A DNA stretch of 64,000 nucleotides from the NCBI GenBank assembly GCA_963667175.2, contig CAXXXF010000015.1, positions 480,001-544,000 of the forward strand. The letters run 5' to 3'. Position 1 is the first letter of the stretch. Each line of letters begins with the position of its first letter. Below, piece after piece: positions 58,672 through 64,000 of the stretch. The translations under genes and the position numbers were made by a program. Origin of the DNA: Candidatus Latescibacterota bacterium (GTDB lineage Bacteria > Latescibacterota > UBA2968 > GCA-2709665). The notes below the pieces were generated by a model. It did not search any database and was not told where the DNA came from. It saw only the letters and a program-made list of their open reading frames with translations.

Positions 58672-59523
58672 GTGATACAAGTACTGCCCACCGAAACGCG
58701 ATTCGTTGAAATTCATCACCTGGACTGGGACCTGAAGTGGTCCATCCAGTTTCCGGAAGTCATCACGTCGATGAATGGTGTGACGATGATGTGGCAGGAG
58801 ATTTGCCCTCAATGGACCCGGACGGGAGACAATGCATGGGAATACGAATGGCAGACAACGCCTGAGTACATCAAAGAGCAGTTGGCATACCGTCAAAACG
58901 ATCCCTCAGGGAATGTCATTCGTCACAACTTCATCACAGGTCTTTCTCTCAGAGCAGCCTTGTCCGGACTCGAGGACAGCGTGAAATTGACGTTGACCCT
59001 CACGAATCAGTCATCCGCGAAGTTTTATGACGTCGCTTCCGATGGTGGATGTCTCCAGGCAAAGTCATCTGATTTCCTGGATCAAAATGAAGTCAAACGG
59101 TCCTACATCATGGTGAACGGCAAGCCGGAGAGCATGGGCAATCTTCACAGAACCCTGGATATTCGGACCGCGTATCATGCAGAACTTGCGGACTACGAAA
59201 AAGAATGGGTCAACAGGTCAGCGTGGTTCTGGGGAAGAAGCAACACGGCCATAGACCGGCCGGCCATCCTGGGCGCCGTTTCTCATGACAGGTCCAGGGC
59301 AATCGCGTTGGGATATGAGTGCGCAACGTCGGCGCTTCAGAACGCTGACGGTCACCATTGCCTGCATAGCAGACCTCATTTTGGTGATCTTGCACCGGGG
59401 CAGTCGGTGACTCGGAAAGGCTGCATCCTGTTCGGCAGCGCGTTCTCTACGCTGGCAATGCGACTCCGAAAACAACTCAACAGACCGGACACGTCTGGCC
59501 TGGATGATTCCAAAATAAGTTAG
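58672..59523 (+). CDS. Hypothetical protein
   Basis: 283-aa ORF co-oriented with neighbours; no motif recognised. Confidence 0.6.
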   Translation: MIQVLPTETRFVEIHHLDWDLKWSIQFPEVITSMNGVTMMWQEICPQWTRTGDNAWEYEWQTTPEYIKEQLAYRQNDPSGNVIRHNFITGLSLRAALSGLEDSVKLTLTLTNQSSAKFYDVASDGGCLQAKSSDFLDQNEVKRSYIMVNGKPESMGNLHRTLDIRTAYHAELADYEKEWVNRSAWFWGRSNTAIDRPAILGAVSHDRSRAIALGYECATSALQNADGHHCLHSRPHFGDLAPGQSVTRKGCILFGSAFSTLAMRLRKQLNRPDTSGLDDSKIS

Positions 59524-59607
59524 ATTCCGTACCCAAGTCATAAAGCTAACCTATTCCGACGCATTTTAAGCGGCAAAGCTCGGATATGGATTTCTGGAGA
59601 GTTGAAA

Positions 59608-59823
59608 ATGAGAAATGAATTCACGGCAGTGATCGAACACGACGACGAGTGGATAATTGCCTATTGCCCTGAGATCACGGGCGCCAACGGACAGGGTAAG
59701 ACCAGGGATGAAGCCCTTGCAAGCTTGAGGGATGCGATATCGCTTATCCTCAAGGATCGCCGGGAGGATGGACTTCGCGCGGTTCCTGCAGAAGCGGAAC
59801 GTGAAATTGTCGTGGTCGAATGA
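59608..59823 (+). CDS. hicB: HicB-family antitoxin (short)
   Basis: FTAVIE...AYCPEITGANGQGKTRDEALASLRDAI. Confidence 0.9.
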   Translation: MRNEFTAVIEHDDEWIIAYCPEITGANGQGKTRDEALASLRDAISLILKDRREDGLRAVPAEAEREIVVVE

Positions 59824-60008
59824 AACGCCATGCGTTGTTAAAGCACTTACGTCTTCACGGTTGCCATCTCAAGCGCGAAGGGCGCTCTCACTCACTTTGG
59901 ATAAATCCTGCCTCGGGAGCGGTTGAGACGGTGCCGCGGCATGTCGAGATTCCAAACCGTCTTGCACGTAAGATCTGCAAAGAGCTTGGGGTAGCAGATA
60001 TCGTCTGA
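59820..60008 (+). CDS. hicA: HicA-family toxin
   Basis: LLKHL...REGRSHSLW.NP...VPRHVEI...KICKELG. Confidence 0.9.
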   Translation: MKRHALLKHLRLHGCHLKREGRSHSLWINPASGAVETVPRHVEIPNRLARKICKELGVADIV

Positions 60009-60313
60009 ATAATTCATAGAAAAGGCAGTTTCCTTACCCAAACCATTGTATTATATTATGGTTACGCGAATAACCTGATAACAATGAACGGGGAGGAAAC
60101 TACCGTAGCAGGTCAAGACAAACAATATACGATGTCTATTGCAAGTGTTTCCGGCAAACGGGTAGAAGCCGCCAACGCACTTTCCACGGCCTTCCTTTGT
60201 AGGTATAATTGCGAGTGCCAACGGTTCTACTAATCTCAGGATGGCGAGTGTTCTTTGGCTGCGGTTTAGTAAACCGCTGAAATTCTCATTCGTGGTGAGG
60301 AAGCCGCCACCAG

Positions 60314-60587
60314 ATGGATTTTGAATGGGATCCGGAAAAAGCAGAAGCCAACGAACTGAAACATGATCTCAGTTTTCCGGAGGGGGCCAGTGTCTTCGGC
60401 GACCCTCTGGCGATAACTTTCCCGGACCCGGATCATTCAGTGGATGAAGGACGGCACCTTACTTTTGGTCTCTCGAGACTGGGTCGATACGTAGTTATCT
60501 CGCCTACACAATAGGAATGGAAAGACGAGAATAATAAGTGCGCGTTTAACGACGCGTCGGGAAAGGAGAATCTATGAAGAGGGCTGA
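60314..60587 (+). pseudogene. brnT: Frameshifted BrnT-family toxin
   Basis: MDFEWDPEKA..N..KH..SF...DPDHS stops at 60514; RIISARLTTRRERRIYEEG* continues in another frame. Confidence 0.85.
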
Positions 60588-60801
60588 ACCGGACGAACTG
60601 CGACCGGAATATCGCCGTGGAGATCTCGGTCCTGGCGTCCGGGGCAAATATCTTGAGTCTTTTCGATGCGGAACAAATCTCGTCTTACTCGAGCCGGACA
60701 TTGCCAGGGCATTTCCCACCGAGGAGGCCGTAAATAACGCACTTCGGTCATTTTTGGAAGAGGCCAGAGAACCGACAGACTCAAGGAAGGGCGCCAGTTG
60801 A
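60574..60801 (+). CDS. brnA: BrnA-like antitoxin
   Basis: DELRPEY...GVRGKY...VLLEPDIARAFP...VNNALR. Confidence 0.8.
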   Translation: MKRAEPDELRPEYRRGDLGPGVRGKYLESFRCGTNLVLLEPDIARAFPTEEAVNNALRSFLEEAREPTDSRKGAS

Positions 60802-60863
60802 ATAGTGCAATACAATATTCTTGATGTTATCGCAGTAACGGTTGGGCTAGTGTCCATTCCAGC

Positions 60864-60974
60864 GAGGTATCACCGTCCGGATACGGCGTTCACTGGCCGT
60901 TGATCGATGAAGACCTGTCTATCGACGGATTGCTTGGAATAACTCACGGAAAGAAAATGGCCAAATTCGTCTAA
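60864..60974 (+). pseudogene. C-terminal relic of a DUF2442-family protein
   Basis: EVSPSGYGVHWPLIDEDLSIDGLLG without an N-terminus. Confidence 0.75.
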
Positions 60975-61187
60975 CGGATGCGGCACATGACTGGCGATGG
61001 ATTGTTTTAAAGTAAAGAAGGGAGGAAACGCTTCAAAACAAAGTTCTTGATGAAATGGAATCCGCGTCGTATATTTCGAATGCATAGACAACGGGTCGTC
61101 AACGTCCCGTCGACGCAAATTTCGCAAAAACGGCCATTCAATGGAGGGCTTTCGAAAACCAGGTAATCCGACATTGCCATAGTAATT

Positions 61188-61340
61188 CCGGATTCAGGTT
61201 ACAAAACAGGGAAAACGGTGAAAATCCGTTGCGGTCCCGCCGCTGTAACTGGGGATGTTTCTCGCAACGACGCCACTGGTTAAAACCGGGAAGGCGCGGG
61301 AAACAGGTGATCCAGGAGCCAGAAGACCTGCCTGAGTCTC
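61188..61340 (+). ncRNA. Cobalamin riboswitch
   Basis: AGGGAA..CGGTGAAAATCCG..GCGGTCCCGCCGCTGTAA, GCCACTG..GGGAAGGC, B12 box GCCAGAAGACCTGCC; upstream of B12-uptake-type genes. Confidence 0.93.
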
Positions 61341-61425
61341 AGACCTTAGAAGCTGTTCTAAAATTCCTCGTGGATTCGGGAAAAGGTGACATACACGTGT
61401 GCTTCGGCCGCGTGGTTGGTTATGA

Positions 61426-61460
61426 CCCTGATTTCCGCAAGGAAGTCGGGGATTTTTTTT
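61426..61460 (+). terminator. Intrinsic terminator in the riboswitch leader
   Basis: CCCTGATTTCC-GCAA-GGAAGTCGGGG followed by a T8 tract. Confidence 0.8.
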
Positions 61461-61461
61461 A

Positions 61462-61646
61462 CAAAGCTATCAGCAGTCAGCAGTCAGCTTGAATCAGAAA
61501 CCAAACCACTGACGTCGGTGCCGCGTTTGGATTTGTAGGGGCAACCCTTGTGGTTGCCCGCGTCGCGGCGCGTATATCACGAATTGACGTCGCGGTTCCG
61601 TATCGCGAACGGATTCTGGCTGATCGCTGACAGCCGATTGCTGTTG
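61462..61646. repeat. Heptad-unit inverted repeat enclosing a GTAG-type REP (61534-61559)
   Basis: CAAAGCTATCAGCAGTCAGCAGTCAGCTTGAATC vs GATTCTGGCTGATCGCTGACAGCCGATTGCTGTTG; TGTAGGGGCAACCCTTGTGGTTGCCC inside. Confidence 0.8.
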
Positions 61647-61671
61647 TTTCCGATCGTTGGAGGCTGATTTG

Positions 61672-62796
61672 ATGTTGGATTCTAAGTTCTGGACACGATT
61701 GCTCTTCTGCATCGGTATGTGCGGGACGGCGATACCCGTCTCCTCGGAAGTGTCGCTGCAATATGCCAGGGGGTTTCGCGTTGACTATTTCGAAGGGTAC
61801 AAGGTCGCGACCGTCGTCGCGCCGGGTACTGGCGCAAGGGATACGCTTCGGTACGTCCTGGTATCACGCGACGGGAAATCGCCGGATGGCTATGAAGGGG
61901 CACCGAGGATACGGATTCCCGTGCGGTCGCTGGTCACCACCTCCACGACGCACCTGCCGCATATCGAGAAGCTGGATGAGATTCAAAGCCTCGTTGCGGT
62001 GGACAACGTCAAATTCGTCAACTCGGAGGCCGTCAGACAGCGGTTCGCGGCAGGGAAAATAGCGGAAGTCGGCAGGGGAAGGTCGATCGATTTGGAGCGG
62101 GTTCTCGTGCTCCGCCCCGACGTTGTCATCATCGACGCTCCGTCGCAGGACAACGCAACCCATTCGCTGCAGCAGGCCGGCGTGGCCGCCGTGGTGAATG
62201 CCGCCTATGCCGAGCCGACGCTGCTCGGGCGAGTGGAGTGGCTCAAATTCATGGGCGCCTTTTTCAATAAGGAAGTGATGGCCGCCGCGCAATTCGACAG
62301 TATCGCGGCCAGGTACGAGGCGCTCAGATCGTTGACCGGGAATGTGCCGCGCGAAGAGAAACCGACCGTTTTCGTGGGATCCCTGTGGCGAGGGACGTGG
62401 TTTATGTCTGGCGGCAAGTCCTATCCCGCACAATTGCTCGAGGACGCCGGAGCGGATTACCTGTGGGGAGACAGTGAATCGCGACGGAGTTTGTCACTGG
62501 ACTTCGAAACGGTTTACGAAGTGGCGCACAATGCCGATTTCTGGATCACCATGAGAAACGAGTGGCAATCCATAGACAACGTCGTCGCGGAAGATGAACG
62601 ATACGGGCAATTCAAGGCGGTCAGAACGGGGAACGTCTTCAACGCCAACGCGAGGCTCAACGCAAATGGCGGCAATGATTATTGGGAAACCGGCCTGATC
62701 GAGCCGGACGTTCTTCTGGCCGACATCATTAAGATCCTGCATCCCGACCTGCTGCCCGATCACCAGCTCAAATATTATCGAAAGCTCGATCCGTAG
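61672..62796 (+). CDS. btuF: Cobalamin/iron-siderophore-type ABC substrate-binding protein
   Basis: YARGFRVD, IPVRS...STTH, EPTLLGRVEWLKF, DYWETG..EPD..LAD; downstream of B12 riboswitch. Confidence 0.8.
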   Translation: MLDSKFWTRLLFCIGMCGTAIPVSSEVSLQYARGFRVDYFEGYKVATVVAPGTGARDTLRYVLVSRDGKSPDGYEGAPRIRIPVRSLVTTSTTHLPHIEKLDEIQSLVAVDNVKFVNSEAVRQRFAAGKIAEVGRGRSIDLERVLVLRPDVVIIDAPSQDNATHSLQQAGVAAVVNAAYAEPTLLGRVEWLKFMGAFFNKEVMAAAQFDSIAARYEALRSLTGNVPREEKPTVFVGSLWRGTWFMSGGKSYPAQLLEDAGADYLWGDSESRRSLSLDFETVYEVAHNADFWITMRNEWQSIDNVVAEDERYGQFKAVRTGNVFNANARLNANGGNDYWETGLIEPDVLLADIIKILHPDLLPDHQLKYYRKLDP

Positions 62797-62799
62797 CCA

Positions 62800-64000
62800 A
62801 TGCGAACGATACGAAGCCTGATATTCCTGACTCTATGCGCAAGTACGCCGCTTCAGGCGGCGGAGATTGCGGGCCGCGTCATCGATGCGGACACGCAAAA
62901 GCCCGTCGCCGATGCGCGCGTTCGCGTTCTCAACACCGACCTGGCGACAGTTACGGATGACCGCGGTCACTTTCTCATTCGCGATCTCACGGCCGGCGTC
63001 TATACGCTCGCCATCACGCACATCGCGTATCGGTCCGCGCAACGCACGGTCCACGTGAGTGAAGAGACTCACGTTGCCATCGAGCTTTCGTCCCGGGCGT
63101 TTCCCCTCCATGAGTTCCCGGTGATCGCCGATCCGATGGGACCCGGCGACATACACAGAAGTCCGGCCTATGCCACCGTGATCACGCGCGAGAGTTTCGA
63201 GGGCAGAGAGACGACCCTTCCCGACGTCCTGGCCGAGGCCACGGGTGTGCACGTCAAGCGCCTGGGCGGGTTGGGCGCATTCAGCACGTTGTCTTTGCGG
63301 GGTTCATCGGCCGACCAGGTCGAAGTGTATCTCGACGGCATCCTGCTGAACGCGGCCTTCGGCGGGGGCGTGGACCTGGGCAACCTGCCGCTCGCGCACG
63401 TCGGGCAGATCGAAGTGTATCGAGGCGCGGGCGCCCGCGGAAACGGCCTGGGCGGGGCGGTGCACGTGCGCACGCGCCCCACACAGGCACGGTGGCGACA
63501 CGGCGTTCGCGGATCGTGGGGGGCTTTCGACACGCGGTTGATGAGTGGCATGATCGCGGGCGGGCTGGGGCGGTCGGAGTTTCTTGCCGTGGCCGACTAT
63601 GCGCAAAGCGACAACGATTTCGAATTTCTGGACGACAATGGAACCGAATACAATGCCGACGACGACGTCTGGGCCAGGCGTCGGAACAACCACCACCGGT
63701 CCCTCAATCTGCTGGGCAAATGGCGACGCGCGCTCGGGGAGAACAGCGAAGTGTCCCTCCACGAGACGATGTACTGGAAGGACCAGGGCATGCCGGGCAT
63801 CAGTAACAATCAATCGCGGAATGCACAATTGGGCGCCTTCAGAACGATGACTGAAATCACATACGAGAATCGGGCGCTGGCGCAAGGCATGAGTACGCGC
63901 CAGTCGTTTTACGTCACACACACCAGGGAGCGATTCCGCGATCCCGACGGCGAAGTGGGAATTGGCAGGCAGGACAACGACTATCGCACCCGCACCTACG
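62800..64000 (+). CDS. btuB: TonB-dependent receptor (partial), probably for cobalamin
   Basis: MRTIRSLIFL signal peptide, N-terminal extension (GRVIDADT..PV), plug LRGSSADQVEVYLDG...IEVYRG; open to window end. Confidence 0.8.
   Translation, partial: MRTIRSLIFLTLCASTPLQAAEIAGRVIDADTQKPVADARVRVLNTDLATVTDDRGHFLIRDLTAGVYTLAITHIAYRSAQRTVHVSEETHVAIELSSRAFPLHEFPVIADPMGPGDIHRSPAYATVITRESFEGRETTLPDVLAEATGVHVKRLGGLGAFSTLSLRGSSADQVEVYLDGILLNAAFGGGVDLGNLPLAHVGQIEVYRGAGARGNGLGGAVHVRTRPTQARWRHGVRGSWGAFDTRLMSGMIAGGLGRSEFLAVADYAQSDNDFEFLDDNGTEYNADDDVWARRRNNHHRSLNLLGKWRRALGENSEVSLHETMYWKDQGMPGISNNQSRNAQLGAFRTMTEITYENRALAQGMSTRQSFYVTHTRERFRDPDGEVGIGRQDNDYRTRTY

Overview
GC-rich chromosomal window from a diderm bacterium (porins, TonB-dependent receptor). 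The many PhyH-family dioxygenases, orphan lipoprotein binding proteins and toxin-antitoxin (TA) loci resemble Latescibacterota/Gemmatimonadota/Poribacteria-type genomes; that assignment is inference only. Left to right: (1) tail of an uncharacterised phospho-signalling operon (NrdG-like radical SAM, Zn-ribbon-FHA, PP2C, coiled-coil protein, Ser/Thr kinase with 4x GTTVRE, membrane protein); (2) PLP decarboxylase and hicAB; (3) four tandem lipoprotein binding proteins sharing one N-terminal beta-domain, plus a relic; (4) SulP, GPP34, an NCS2 permease with a degenerate RsbW-like tail, a Tsx-like porin, and a porin/binding protein/HAMP-only/OFA-MFS operon; (5) a long minus-strand metabolic run; (6) an accessory region with DUF2188 + NDT/TIR-like, HEPN-nuclease and HEPN-like genes, and a putative rolling-circle-type element with related hairpin ends and a 1375-bp-period tandem duplication; (7) small cassette-like genes and TA loci/relics; (8) a cobalamin riboswitch before btuF/btuB-like genes. 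Best novelty candidates: the hairpin-bounded element, the kinase/FHA T-V-R-[D/E] docking system, and two HxG-motif (halogenase-like) Fe/2OG enzymes. Several MITE/REP families occur. No rRNA, tRNA or CRISPR array was seen. All family calls come from motif reading by eye, not database searches.
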